This document shows, in pieces, positions 50,123 through 64,000 of a DNA stretch of 64,000 nucleotides. Both the position numbers and the translations under genes were made by a program. The notes under the pieces are model-generated. The model saw only the letters and a program-made list of their open reading frames with translations, searched no databases and was not told the origin of the DNA. Location of the stretch: NCBI GenBank assembly GCA_951406725.2, contig OX597816.1:140926001-140990000 (forward strand), written 5' to 3'. Position 1 is the first letter of the stretch. Each line of letters opens with the position of its first letter. This DNA is from Octopus vulgaris. Taxonomy: Eukaryota.

Positions 50123-51589
50123 ATATTTGTCATTAAACGTGCGTATCTGTGCCTATATGGACGTATGTATGTACTGAAGTATATGTGAATATGCAGTAAT
50201 TAACATTTATATGTATATGTCTGCTGTTTTGGTTGTTTAAACCCTTTAACGGTTATCACACCTTGGTCTATTTATCGGTTACCAGCGTTAGATGCATACA
50301 TGCATGCATACATACATGCATGCATACATGCATACATACATACATACATACATACATACATACATACATACATACATACATACATACATACATACATACA
50401 TACATACATACATACATACATACATACATACATACATACATACATACGAAAAATATGAGATCAATATTAGTAGTTTTTAGTCGTAGGCCTTAATCGGAGA
50501 AAGAATATGGAGAGACTAAAAATTTAGATCTAATGATATCGAATATAAACTAGGGTTCAACTAAACAGATCAGTGTAATTTGCATAGTAGGGCATGTACT
50601 GACAACTTGGCTTGATTAATTCATCTGTGGTCCATCAGATTAAAAAAAATTTATCCAACGTTTTGGATAAAGGTTTTGCTTCACTGTGAAAAGTAAAGTT
50701 AATGTTTATGCCATAGTTTCGTCTCTCTGAGAGTAAACAAAATGCATGAGGGAGATGAGATGAGTTTCTAGAGTTCTTGAAACGTCATTATTCTACTCAT
50801 GGTGATTTAAAACTTGCAGCATAATTAAAGTTTGTGCCTTCGGCGAGGTCTTTAATTTTGCTAACTTCATGACGTTAAACATAAAATGCAGCCTTAAAAA
50901 ATGTCACCCAGAGCACAGCACGTCCCTAGCCTATCCCATTTTGCTACTTTTTTTAGCGAGGCTAAAATTGAATGATTATTAAAAATAGAATTTATAGCGT
51001 ATATTTCAAAAGTATAAATGCATGTGTTAGTGGGGTGGGAATAGGGAATGTGTACGTCTGTTTCCGGCAGAAACGTATCACCATAAAAGCTTTATTATCA
51101 TTCATGAAACAACAGTGTCTAGAATTTTAGTATTAATTAAATAAATACATTGCATAATGCTCCTATGATCAAAGGTAGAATGATTATGAATTCTTACATT
51201 AATCTACGAAATAACAACAACAACAACAACAACAAAATGATAGCCGGAACATTCGTCGTAAGAGCAAGACTGTGTCCCACCACCAGTTATGTTATTAGTA
51301 AGAAGGCAAGTTATATTAAGCATCTGTGAGCTATTAAATAAACAGCGACATCCACTGATTATCTCGGGAGGAAACAGGAAGGAAGATGTTTAAGATCAGC
51401 GTACGCTTTCAAGTGTCGTCTGGTATATAAATCGGGCGATAACTAAGTAATGAAACTGAAGTGTTTCATTGGGATCTGGTTTGTTTGGCTGCCAGCATTT
51501 CAAAAATTAATGTGTAGCGTAGACTCGGGTGAAATTCCTCTCTCCCATTTATTATATAAATACGTGCATTCGAATGTAGCAGGGAACAA

Positions 51590-51800
51590 CTAGCCTTTGG
51601 CCGCTGGTTGGTCCCGTTATGTCCACAACTCTGATTGGTTGGTATTGGCGTAATTTGTCTCTGACTCAATTGCGCCAACTTGCCGTGTATAACCAGTCAG
51701 ATGCTCAAAATAGGATCACGTGGGACAGCCTGTTTACTACCCTGTTTGAACCTACAGCTTCTTATAAAAACTCAACTTTTTCTCTTTCCGAGGACTTTGG
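51590..51800 (+). promoter_or_regulatory. Candidate RNA polymerase II promoter or enhancer in repeat-free sequence
   Basis: Inverted CCAAT boxes (51634, 51644), TGACTCA (51662), CACGTG (51717), TGTTTAC (51731) and TATAAAA (51763) within ~140 bp. Motif evidence only. Confidence 0.3.
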
Positions 51801-52336
51801 TTCCAGACCTTTTAAGGTCAAGCCACTGGCCACAAAGACATAGCCAGTTCCAGAGATAATGCCAGACAACACCACAGCAGCTACGTTGAGACTACCAACT
51901 TCGTCCAACAGCATTACGGCAATCTCCTTCTTCGTCGCCACCATAATGTCCTTAACGTCGTCAACATCATCTCTCTTCGTACACAGCTCAGCAAGCGATT
52001 CACCCAGGTTCCAACAGTTAACTTTAATTGCTACTAACTCTTAATTTATTGATTTATAGCGAAAAGGATTTTCACGTCATTCATTAGCCAATAAAAGTGT
52101 ATCATTACACTGAATATGAAATCAAATCGAACAGAATTGATGCTAGCAGCCAAACCGACTGGATCCGTTTAATGAGATACCTTATGTGATGAAAGCAAAT
52201 ACTCGAAAAAGTTTAAGACTATGACCGTATGGTTATCTTAGAGAATCTATCATTATTTTATTTTGTGCTTTCTTTTCTTATAGAATTCTTAAATAACGAT
52301 AGAGAAAGACACTTTACAGAACAGAAACTACTCTAG

Positions 52337-52377
<41 letters not shown>

Positions 52378-52943
52378 CGTGTTCGCACGCGTGTGTGTAG
52401 ATAGATAGATACACACATACATATACATATGCAGACACACACATACAAACACACATATATTAAGGAAAGGAACGCCTTTGTAACGCATGTGTGAATTTAT
52501 GTTCATGAATATATATATGTGCACACACACACACACATTCGTCTGTAAAGTCATATTTAACATGTTTGAGTATACTCGGACGTGGGAAGACCTTCCGCTA
52601 CGGAAATATATTTTATTGAACGCTGTTTTATGCGACTTTATTTATTTCTAGCTTAACCAAAGTTTATACACATCGGTAAACGTATAATTTACTGTGCTAA
52701 AGTAATAACAAATTCGCTCTTTTCGGGCTGTGAATTGAAGATTTAGTGTTCCTAACTGACGACATGAAGAAACTCAGATATGCATTTGTCATTCGATCCA
52801 ATGACATAATTCATCGCCCAATGCGTTTTTACACATGTCGTCTTTGAGGACAATTTTCTCCCGAAAGTATTTCCGCAGCAGAAGCTCTTCCCACGCTCTG
52901 GTGTACTCGAACGGGAGAAATATATTTTATTCAACGTTGCTTC

Positions 52944-52987
<44 letters not shown>

Positions 52988-53047
52988 ATGTATGTATGTA
53001 TGTATGTATGTATGTGTGTATGTGTGTATGTGTGTATGTGTGTATGT

Positions 53048-53101
<54 letters not shown>

Positions 53102-54995
53102 GTGTGTATGTATGTATGTACATACATGCCTTTTGCTTGCTTCAATCATTGGACCGCAGCCATGCTGGGCGCGACCTTGAAGAGTTGAATCGAATAAATC
53201 GACCTCAGAATTTATTTTCAAGTCCAGCACTTATTCTATCGGTCACTTTTTTTGCTAACCGCTAGGTTACGGACAGAAACAAACCAAAACTGGTTGTCAA
53301 GCGGTGGTCGGACACACACACAACACACATACACACACACACACACACGCACATACACAAACATATGACGGGCTTTTTTCAGTTTCCATCTACCATATTC
53401 ACTCACAAGGCTTTGGGCGGCCAGGGTCCATAGTAGATGACACTTGCCCAAGATGTCATACACACATACTGCTGTGATATTTTCCCAATTAGAATATTTT
53501 TTTGTTATTGTTAAAGTGTGAGCCCTGGTCAGCTCTGATTTAACAGACCAATGGCAATCGGCGTCCAGAGACCACATTGTCGAATGTCTACTTCTTTTTT
53601 TATGGAAGTGGGACGTGTTTTAAAGAATATTTGCTTGATAATCTTTGCATGTCGGCTGACCACGTGAAGACACTTTTATCAATGTACAACGCTTCGTTTT
53701 CATTCAGATAGCATCTTTGAATAATTAACCATAGTCATTTATTCGTTAAATGATTACTACAAAAATTAAGGCGGCAAGCTGGCAGCATCGTTAGAACTGT
53801 AGGCGAGTAACTTAGCGGCATTTCATCCGTCTTTAAGTTCTGATTTCAAATTCCGCCGTGGTCGACTTTACTTTTCATCCCCTTTTGGGGTCAATAGAAT
53901 AAGTACAAGTTGAGCACATTGCTAATATATTCCACTCAATCCTCCTCTGAAACTGCTGGCCTTGAGCCAAAATTTGAAATCAATAATTACTTCAAAAATC
54001 AACTCGAAATGACGAGCCAAAAAGGGTACTTCACGAAGCCAGAAAGGAACCTTTATATTGCCGTCTACCTACAAGAAACAGAAAATAAATTTTCCTCTAA
54101 ACACATCCTACTTACTGTCTTAAAGGAGAAAAGGGCACATTGGATAATATAATTATAAATGTATTGTTTTAAAAAAAATTAAAAGGTCACGGCTGAAACG
54201 TCTTTGATCGTAGCTCCTCTTAAATGAAGGTTAACCAACAACAACGAAAGAACTTAGAAAAAAACATCGAATGGTCATGGCTGAAACACCTTTGATCAGA
54301 GGTTTATTCGAATGGTACTGATATGAGAGTTAAAACAATAACTACAAAACAGCAACGAAACTACCTCCACTAAAAGACACACAGCCAGTTAGATAGAGAG
54401 ATAGGATACTGAAATATATCGGACAAATGTCGATAGAATTGTCGGACGTAGAGCAATGAAAAATAAACAATGTTTTCAAGAGTTCCAACATTTTTTACTC
54501 GTCACTATTCTGAAATCCAGATTAATTACCAGTTATTAATTAACAAAATGACTGAATACTAAACTGTGTGTGGAAATAGCAAAACTAAATAAAAGTTCTA
54601 AAACACACATACACACAGACGTCCGTGCACGCTCACACACACAGACGTCCGCGCACTCTCTCTTTCACACACACACACACACACACACATTCCGGCGTTA
54701 ACGATTTATATTATTATTATTATGGAAGATAATGACAATGACCTGAAAGTGTACCGAAACAGAAAATCAGTACTTAGTTCGTTCGGGCCAGTGTAGTGCC
54801 AAATTTGTTTCTAAAGAAAGTAAAGCATATACACAAACCGTCCGGTTTATAATTAATCGTGCATGTTAATTAAAACATAACCATAGATAGTTGTTTTTTC
54901 TATGAAATTTATATTCCATCCAGCTGTCTTCGTTTACATTAAGACGTCTTTATCTTCAAACTGTCGTTACTTCTCAGTTGCTACATCCTCATATA

Positions 54996-55029
<34 letters not shown>

Positions 55030-55155
55030 CGAAATATACATATATATACACACACATACAAACCCCATTGTTTCGTATATTAAGTATCTAAGTGTCTATC
55101 TAAGTATCTAAATATTTATACATGTATATACATACAAACCTCCATTGTTTTATTC

Positions 55156-55188
<33 letters not shown>

Positions 55189-55522
55189 GACTCCATTGTT
55201 TTATATATATATACACACACTCCATTGTTTTATATATATATATATTATCTTAATAACTTTCAAAAATATCTGTTTATATTATATTCTATATTATATATTA
55301 TGTGAATAATAGAATGCATCTAATATTAATAATATTATTAATAACTGATTATTATGTATGCTTATAAATGCAAATATGTATGTACATTTCAGTATATATA
55401 TATATTTATGTATATTTATATATGTATGTATATGTATATCTATATATACAAGTATTTAAATGTGTGTGTGTTTTTACTTATTTTATATTTATATTTATTT
55501 ATAACTTAACATTATGTACTTT

Positions 55523-55651
55523 ATAACCTCTGACGAAGCCTAGAGAAATACTCAAGTACCTGAATTTCATCTACCTATTACTTCAGTCTACTTGAGTAAT
55601 AAAGGTAGAATGAGGTATTTTTACCTCTTGGCTGAAACAGCTGTAAGTTAT
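55523..55651 (+). ncRNA. Type I hammerhead ribozyme motif with canonical core and ~97-nt stem II
   Basis: AUAACCU-CUGACGA-AGCCUAGAG...CUCUUGGCU-GAAA-CAGCUG-UA-AGUUAU; predicted cleavage after 55645. Confidence 0.7.
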
Positions 55652-56654
55652 TTTCCCAATTTATATTCATGCATGTTATTTTGTAATAATTACTGGTATC
55701 ATTATATATTAATACATTTTATATCTTACATGTAAACCATAATATGTTATACATGTATGTATTTTATTGTACTTGTCAGTTTAGTAAATAAATAAGTTAA
55801 CATAATATAATTTCTAAAAGTTGATGAACCCCCTATTGATCCCCTCCATTTTCTTATTGCTATATATACAGTGACGGCTCGTAGATAAAACTTAGTGGGG
55901 TGCTGCTTCAGAAAATTTTTAGCCGTTGTGTAAAAGGATACAACCATGTAAAAAGAATATTTATACATAAACGTGATCGGTTCGTGTTTTAGCCACTGCC
56001 GGGTAGTGTGCTTAATTTGTTCACTGAACAACACCGTGATTTCTCCTTCTTTTCCAAAAATACTCCCTAAATTACAAAATAAGGGGGTGGGAATCTGCCT
56101 TATTTTTCAAATCCAGGCAGCAACACTGTGGCTGGAAGCAGGATAATAATCTATTTCTACACTTTATCACATTCAAGAATATAAGCACAACACACGCGGA
56201 ATCAAAAAGAAATACTGCGTGAACGAGTGCTGTCTCTCCCTAGCATGAAGCTTCCTATATCAGACTTGTGAGCATGCGCACATCAGCCAAACACTGCGTC
56301 GCTGGAACTGTGATACGCACAGTTCTATACAAGGATTTCTGTATTTTTTTTTTTTCATAAACTAGGGTATGGCTACTGACATTAAACTTAAGGATTATAT
56401 AATGTACAAGTATAAAGAAAGAATTAAAGAAAAAAGGACTCATTATATTGAATGTTATCGATAATATCGAGTGGAAATAGAGAGTGCTGCAGTTCCGCAG
56501 TGCCTAGTAGGCGTGGCTGTGTGGTAAGAAGCTTGCTTCCCACTGCGTGACACCTTGGCCAAGTGTCTTCTACAAAGCCTCGGCCTGACCAAAGTCTTGT
56601 GAGTGGATTTGGTAGACGGAAACTGAAAGAAGCATGTCGTATATTTATATACGA

Positions 56655-56990
56655 TAGGCTTCCATGAAAGCAACCCAACGCAACAGGGGTAATCTCAGAA
56701 TTATGGAAGCCCTCCTTATAAACAAATTGAGACCAGCCATTAACAACAGGAAGGAACTATACGAAGCAAACTGGTTGCTATAGCAACAACAGTCTGCGCA
56801 TGTTACTTTCCTCCTTTTCCACCCCAACACATACACATCTGTGCAACAACCTTTTCCAACTACCGCTTTTCCGAATGTCCTGAAGAAGAGGTCTTCACCC
56901 CGAAATATAGAAATACAAGGTTAAACTTTCAACTTTGTTCTGTTTTGCTTTCCTTTTGTAGCTTACTTTGTACCTTCTCGCATGGAATGT
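56655..56990 (+). mobile_element. Penelope-like 3' relic
   Basis: NLRIMEALLINKLRPAINNRKEL (GIY-YIG C-terminal EAL.I...P.IN motif), then CTGAAGA...hairpin...GAAA at ~56880-56915. Confidence 0.7.
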
Positions 56991-57099
56991 ATAAGCTTGA
57001 CGTTCAGTATAAGATATGGGAGGGAGGGTAGGTGTAAAACGTTTCAAGCATGGCTCTTCTTCAGAAAGAGAAGACAGAAAAGGACCGGACATTTAGCCC

Positions 57100-59970
57100 T
57101 GTGTGGTAATGATTCTGCAAACTGGCCTAAATGGAAAGAAATAATCAAACAGAAGGCTACAGGACTGTCGAGGGAAAATGGAGAACACAAGGTTGAACAC
57201 GGCAGTTTGGGAGCGGAAGACCAGGCCCCCCACTGATCGTCATCCAGTGACGAGTTTTAAGTACATTAAAGAAATAAAGCACAGTGCTGTGAGAGGACTA
57301 CGAGATCTGCATTATTTTGATGAGCCTTTGGATGAAAATAGCGATGAAATTGTTAATGATGAATCTGAGACCATAGAGGAGGATGTAATAAGCAGGATAG
57401 ATGAAAATAGGGGAAAACAATATAATGATACGAGTGCAATGGAATATGTTTGTAGCATCGTAGCACCTCAGGTACAGTTCCATCTGATTTGGAGGACTAT
57501 GAACAGGAAATACTAGACAGATTTACTGAATTAGTAATGTGTGATAATCAACAAGACCTAATCAATCTATGGTTTGTCGATAAGAAAAAAACTGCATTGA
57601 GAAGACAGTCTTGTACTATGTATGATATCATAAAAATACGGGATTTGTTTAGGGCAGCTGCAATTGTAGTAGGAAAACTAGTAGGTGCTAGGTAGAACGT
57701 CAAAGGAAAGTGGAAGAGGTGAACTGAATGAGTCATAGCATGTCTGAGAAAGCATCTTGGGAAGATACAGTTTGGTAAAAAGGAAGTTGGAAGAACTAAT
57801 AACAAAGACTGTGAATGAACAAAATTCAGCCTGTGGATGTGAAAAATCAAGTTATGAGGCTATCTAAATGGAAAGCAGCAAGGCCGGGTAGAATCCAAGG
57901 CCTCTGGGTGAAAGGATTCAAGGGTATACAAGGGAGGCTGGCTTTTCAACTGAACCAATGCATTTTTAGTAGTACGACACCAGGTTGGAGGAATGAAAGG
58001 TGAACGACCCTTACCATGAAAGACAAATCCAAGGGTTTTGTGCCCTATAACATACTTCAATTTGATGCGGAAAATTCTAACATAAATAATTGCTGAATAT
58101 GTCTACATACACCTGGAGATGAATGACTTACTACCTGTCTTGTAAAAAGGCTGCAGAAAATGGTTACAGAGCACAGAAGATCACTTGGTTGCCTACAAAA
58201 TGTTTCTGAAGAACTGCAATATATGAAAAACCCAAATTTTCAAAGGCCTATATTTTAATAAAAGCATGCGATATAATACATCACCCATGAATACCTGAGT
58301 CCCTGAACATGTATAAGATCGCTAAGACTGTACAAAATAAATGAGTGAGAGCATGAAAAAAAATGGAAAACTACACTGTTTTGTAATTTGTCGGTTTTGA
58401 CATCAAGTATAACAACTTTCAAGGTAACTCGTTTTATTTTTTGCTCTTCGTTATTGCTCTGATTCCTCTAAGCATGGTGCTTCAGAAGACAGGACTGGAT
58501 TATCAATTAGTAAAAAAGAATGAGAGTGGCTCTTAATCATCTGCTCTTTATAGATGTTTTGAAATTGTTTACCATATGAGAAACTGTTACAAACTGTTTA
58601 TACAGTAAGTACGGACATGCAGAAGGAGACGGGCATTACAAAGTAATGGTCACCAGGAGCAAGTGAAAACGGAATAATAGCAGCGGAATAGTATTACCAA
58701 ATGAAGAAAGAGTAAGAGACCTTGATGAAGTAGGGTATAAATACTTAGGCGTACTAGAGTTAGAAGTTATAACACCTAAACAAATGAAAGAGCGAGTACA
58801 AAAACTTACTGTGATAGACTGAGTAAGGTTCCGAATACTAAGCTTGAGTCCCGAAAGCTTGTGTGTGCCATCAACTCCTAAGCCATAGCTGTTGTTCATT
58901 ACAGTGCAGTCATGCTTGACTGAACGTTAGAGTAGATCGATCAAATGGATCTATATGCACGGAAATTGCTGTACAAATTCAAATTCCTCCACCCGAAAAC
59001 AAACGCAACGTGCCTGTAAATGAATCGAAAACACAACTGCAGGGGTTTGATTAGTGCATCGAAATGTGTTGTAGAAAGACGAAAGCTAGATTTTTATCTG
59101 GTAAACAGCAGCGAAGTTTTGCTTCAATATGTTGCCAAGTTGGGCTTGAAGAAGGAAGAAACTGAAGTCAAAAACTGATACAAAGAAAGAATAGAGGAGA
59201 AAGTGGAGAGTTGGAAGTCAATCGACCTACATGGAAAGTTTGAACGGGAAACTCAGACTGATGGCTCATTAACATGACTAGGGAGGGGAACAAATTTTAT
59301 TGCAGTTCAGGATCAGGCCTGTACGAACAATTCCTTAAAGAAGTCTATCTACAAATTTCTGAATGTGAGAAGTGCTGATTATGTGAGAAAGATGTAGAGA
59401 GTGTGACACACACTGTCAGTGCTTGTGGGATACTTGCACAACATGAATACAAAACCCACTTTGACAAAATGAGTTAGTGCATTCACTGGAGCCTCTGTAA
59501 GCTCTATGGTTAGAAGTATATAAGAATACGTACGAACACAGGATAGAGTCAAACGGATAGAATGATCGAGCACAGACGACCGTACATCATATTGGTGGTC
59601 AAAGAGCACCACGAACTTTTATTAGTGATATAATAGTATCAGGTGACCATAACATGGTAGCTAAAGAAGTCGAAGAGATTACCAACTATGTATAGTTGAA
59701 GGCAGAACTAGAAAGAATGTGGAACACTACTATTAAAGTTATTCCTGTTGGGATGGAACACTGGGATCTGTACCAAAGAAACTGCTACAATTCCTTGACC
59801 AACTTAAAATCAAATATGATAACAGTGCTATAATAGAAACTGCTTTTTAGGTACTGCTCATATCCTGTGAAAGGTTCTTTTTGTCCGAAGTCTCAGACCA
59901 GAAGGAGAGACCCTACAAGAACATCATGCCAATTTTAGGGACTGTGTGAAGAACTAATAGTAATAATGAT
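57100..59970 (+). mobile_element. Long decayed R4/Dong-like retrotransposon
   Basis: WKAARPGRIQGLWVKGF, PIT, YKYLGVLE, IAVQDQA and C-terminal GTAHIL motifs with many stops; (AAT)-like tail. Confidence 0.8.
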
Positions 59971-60189
59971 TTCAATTTTGATTCAAGACCTATGACAGGG
60001 AGAAGGTTAGTTGATACCTTTGACTTCAGTTCTTAATTGGCACTTTGTTTTATCGACCATAGAAAGATAAAAGGCAAAATTGACCCAACGGAGTTTGAAC
60101 ACAGAACGTCGGAAGAAATTTCGCAAGGTATTTTGTCCGACTTTCTAATGATTCTCCTAAATCGCCGTCATAACAATAGTTGTTATATC

Positions 60190-60460
60190 CACCAAGGAAG
60201 GAAATGCCTCTTAATTGAAGTATCGGTCCCAACAGGCGATAAATGTATTTCTAAAAGAAATGGACAATTTTGCAAACATAGAAATCTGGGAGTAGAAATA
60301 TCCAGCAAGTGAAGAACGAAAACAGAAACAATCCCTAGAGATACAAACAGATACATAATCACTCCGCCCATTAAGATTTACAAATATGTACAACATGCAG
60401 AAAATAGTACTACTAGATACTCCGCATATATGACGTAGAGAACTTTCAATACATTATGGA
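60190..60460 (+). mobile_element. R4/Dong-like 3' fragment
   Basis: KCLLIEVSVPTGD...QKIVLLDT.HI.RREL motifs. Confidence 0.65.
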
Positions 60461-60691
60461 ACAGAAAATTAAAACAAAGCACTAGACGTACCGAAGGCCC
60501 ACAGAGCGACATTCAAGTATATATGGAAAGCACACAAAGTAAGACTACAAATACTTGTAATAATGGTTAATTTTTGTTTTTTGTGCAAGACTGATGGGTT
60601 AAATACAAATGAGTGCGATGTTTTATATTGCAATGACGGAGAAAATGAAAGTGAAAGTATACACAATATACAAAGTTCTATGTCCCTAGAC

Positions 60692-60923
60692 CGGTGGTTC
60701 TTAACCGGGGTCCATATAAGATTTTTTTGTTAAAAGTTATGTACAATAAATTGCTTATACTTCTACAAACACAAAATATTTTAACATTTTTTATACAATT
60801 CCTGATAATATTTAATTATAAAATTAAATAGGATTTTTAAAACGTTGAATGACTAGGAGGGTCCACCTGAGTAAAATAGGAATCAGAGGGGTCCATAGGT
60901 AAAAAAATGGATGAGAACCACTG
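60692..60923. mobile_element. hAT-type MITE of the same family, without the nested insertion
   Basis: CGGTGGTTCTTAACCGGGGTCCAT...GAGAACCACTG; flanks CCCTAGAC / CCATAGAT. Confidence 0.75.
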
Positions 60924-61499
60924 CCATAGATGATTACTGATTGCCTTCTAAGACCAATCAAGGAACTTTATAGATACAGGGTTACACTGACTACCCCCTT
61001 CAAATTGTCATTCCCTAGCCTACTGATGCATGCTGCAAGAGGTCCGTTCTCTGGAGCCACGCTCACTACTTTTAATCATCTTTTGATAAATTTGCCATAT
61101 TGAAGCACCTCTCCCTTTCCCTTCTTCCCTATCTCTCGAAGTGAAACACGAACAAGTTGATGACAGATTGGCCGAAAAGGAGGATTACCTGTCTTTAATC
61201 CTTCCAGTTGAGTCCGCCCAACAGCCCCTTTTGTCGTAAGAATTAGAGGAAAACTGTCTGCCCTTCCTGGCCTGGAGATCTTTACCATAGTCCTACAAGC
61301 GACGAAAACCGTCCAACAAAAATCTATAAAAGCTTAAAAATCATAATATGAACCAAAACATAAAATTCATGCCAGCATTCACTGTGTTACGCAGTACAAA
61401 AATAAAAAAGAAGCTCATTTAGTCACATCCCACATGGTATGCCAGACGCTTTTATTCTATATCACAACTCAGTACACACGGCACACAAAAATAACCTAA

Positions 61500-62350
61500 A
61501 TAATCACCACGCAACAGAATAATTCGACTCATACGGTTATTGTTTACAGATCCTCACCAAACAGTATGGCACAATGCATAAGCTTACGTAATCGATGCCT
61601 GACACTATAACACTAGCAGCTAACACAATTTAGATTGCATATACAATGCGCAACAGAGAAAACGCAAAAATAATGCTAGAAGCTACAAAGCAAAATCTGC
61701 AATACAGCGAAGCTGATGTAGCACGCAAACACAATTGCACATCGCCAAATTACAAGGCTGCATACACCTCGGGAACTAGGAGGTGCACCTACTGCTTTAG
61801 CAAAAACTTGCATAAAACTGTTGTAAACATGATTATAAACAACAATTATAAAACTCATCTCAGTAGCATGAATACTATTTGCAGAGCCAGCCGTCACATA
61901 TGGCTCTGTAGTTAGCATTGGACTGAAGCGTGACGGACCTAGATTCCATAGACTGTAATACGAGAAATCTACTAGACAAAATAAACCGCCACATTCTATA
62001 CAATAAGTCTGGCACCCATCGACTGTACATTCCTAAAAGAAAAGGTAAGAGACTATTGAGAGTGAGGGAGTAATACAAGAAGGTAATTATCAATATTGCC
62101 TAAAAGCTTTCCAGCTCACATGAAGGCCTGATACAAACCCTTGTTAGCTACAGACCTGACAGAAAAAATCAAATCGACTATATCGGCACCAATAAAATTG
62201 TCGCAAAAAATTGGATTAGACCTCGAATAGCTGAAGTCTAAAACCTAAAGCAGCAGTAAAAACGGACATACTGATGACACATAGGTTAACAGTGGTGAAC
62301 AAGCATATAGACCTGCCTTTATATGACCAACACTCAAGCGAACTGGATGA
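61500..62350 (+). mobile_element. Decayed R4/Dong-like fragment
   Basis: HRLYIPKRKGKRLL at ~62017 resembles the RLY.PR..GGRGL motif. Confidence 0.45.
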
Positions 62351-62382
62351 CCCATATAGAAATTCAAAAAATAGATAAATAA

Positions 62383-62429
<47 letters not shown>

Positions 62430-62599
62430 AACAGGCTATCTCTGGCCTGAATGAATAAATCCAGTCTGAATGAAGCAACAAAAGCAATGACATTCTCAAG
62501 ATAAACGTAAAAGCGTATTCTTTCCACTCACAAAGGAAACAAGACGGGCACTGAAATATTCCAAAATTTTCTTAACGGCAAAATATCCGAAAATAATTT

Positions 62600-64000
62600 T
62601 TTTTCTCTTTAATGCAGACATGGTAAATCGGAGAGCAAAACAGAGCAAAATGGATTACTAGTATCTGAGCGACCCTTAAATGAAAATGGATTTCCAATTA
62701 GGGTCTAGTAAATTGGAAAGGAGAGGATTATTAGAAACTACAGAGCAGAGGTTTTTTGGCCAGGCGAGAGCAATTCCAAAGAATGGATGGTTGTCTGAGC
62801 TTGAGCTTGAAGCCACCAAGAGACATATTAATGAAAGGGTAGAGCATGATGCAGGCGAGGAAGATGAGGTGCAGAAGGAAGCAGAAATAGAGAAGCTGGA
62901 TGATACTGTTTAAAATAACAGACCAAAAATGGTAGCAAAAGGAAATTATAATGACATTAAAGTATTCTTTTTTATCAACAAAATATAGTTACAGGTGGAG
63001 TGCTAACTGAGGTTGATGAAATAGTAATTAATAGGGTATATAGCATGTGTGATTTGAAAACGAATGATCAGGGGAAATTAGATGAAAAAAACAACGAAAG
63101 ATAATAAAACTTTGAAGCATTGAAGAATATACAACATAACAGAAACCGATAGGCTTATCAAGGCAACTGGAAAAGATACTGCGAAAAACCTGAGACTAAA
63201 AGTCAATGAAAGAACAAATAGTGGGAAATAACAAACAAAGACCCATGATGGAAAAGAAGAATATTGATGGGTGCCATAACAGGACGTTGAATGTTTGAAC
63301 ATTCAATTGCAATTGCAGAGAATGACAAGAGGTTTTTAGAGAAAAGGCATGGAAAGTTGGAAGACTGAACTCATATCACAAGGAACGTACCTAAGAACAT
63401 TAAGAATCAAGAGAGAAATTTTTCAAGTATACTATTTCCTTTATTCTTTGTCTTATGCATTACTCTTTTTATACTGCAGCTGAGAAAAATTGCAGGAAAA
63501 CCGCAAAGGACCATCTATATATTACTCGTGGGTGATTTCAAGCTGCATGGTAAGGACGAAGCTCAAATCAGTTCTTTAATGAATTCAGTTCTCGCATCAG
63601 CAAGAAAATCAAAATGGAATTTGGTTTTAAAAAATGTAAAAAAAAAAAGGAAAGTTAACAGACTGACAGACTTGAAGGTATAGAATTACCATCAAAAGAA
63701 ATCATGAAAAGGATTGACGATACTGGGTATAAATATTTGGGTATGTTGGCAGTGAATGAAGAGAAGGAAAAAGAAATAAAGAAATGCTTTACGCAAGATT
63801 ATCTCGAAGATCTAAACTGGTGCTGCAGTCAAAACTGAACAAAAGAAATAAGTTTCACGCAATCAATACATGAACGGTTGCATTATTGAGATATAGTGCA
63901 GGTTTTATCAACTGGAGAAAAGACGAATTACTAAAGCTACACTAAAAATCGAGTAAACCGTTCATAATGTAAAGAGCATTCCACCTAAAGATCGATATTG
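62600..64000 (+). mobile_element. Decayed R4/Dong-like element running off the window end
   Basis: [23 protein letters not shown] (N-terminal motif), MEFGFKKC, GYKYLG, AINT.. LRYSAGFINW, FHLKIDI. Confidence 0.75.

Overview
AT-rich, microsatellite-laden eukaryotic intergenic or intronic DNA. The repeat families resemble those of a coleoid cephalopod such as Octopus (inference). No host protein-coding exon could be supported; nearly all short ORFs in the track are translated microsatellites or transposon debris. The only long intact reading frame (16319-18757) belongs to a young, 5'-truncated RTE-clade LINE whose reverse transcriptase carries an in-frame C4HC3 PHD-type zinc finger. The rest is nested mobile DNA: many RTE 3' fragments sitting in (TA)n tracts, at least three tRNA-derived SINE families, R4/Dong-like, CR1-like and I/Jockey-like LINE relics, Penelope-like (GIY-YIG) relics, Tc1/mariner relics, a Merlin (ISXO2-like DDE) element with TIRs and an 8-bp TSD nested in a mariner, hAT and piggyBac-type MITEs, and a ~940-bp foldback. 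The most notable signal is a set of type I hammerhead ribozyme motifs, mostly next to Penelope relics. Two carry compensatory core pairs (U3-A8 and A3-U8 instead of C3-G8), and one has a canonical core with a ~97-nt structured, pseudoknot-capable stem II. All coordinates and alignments were read by eye and boundaries are approximate.
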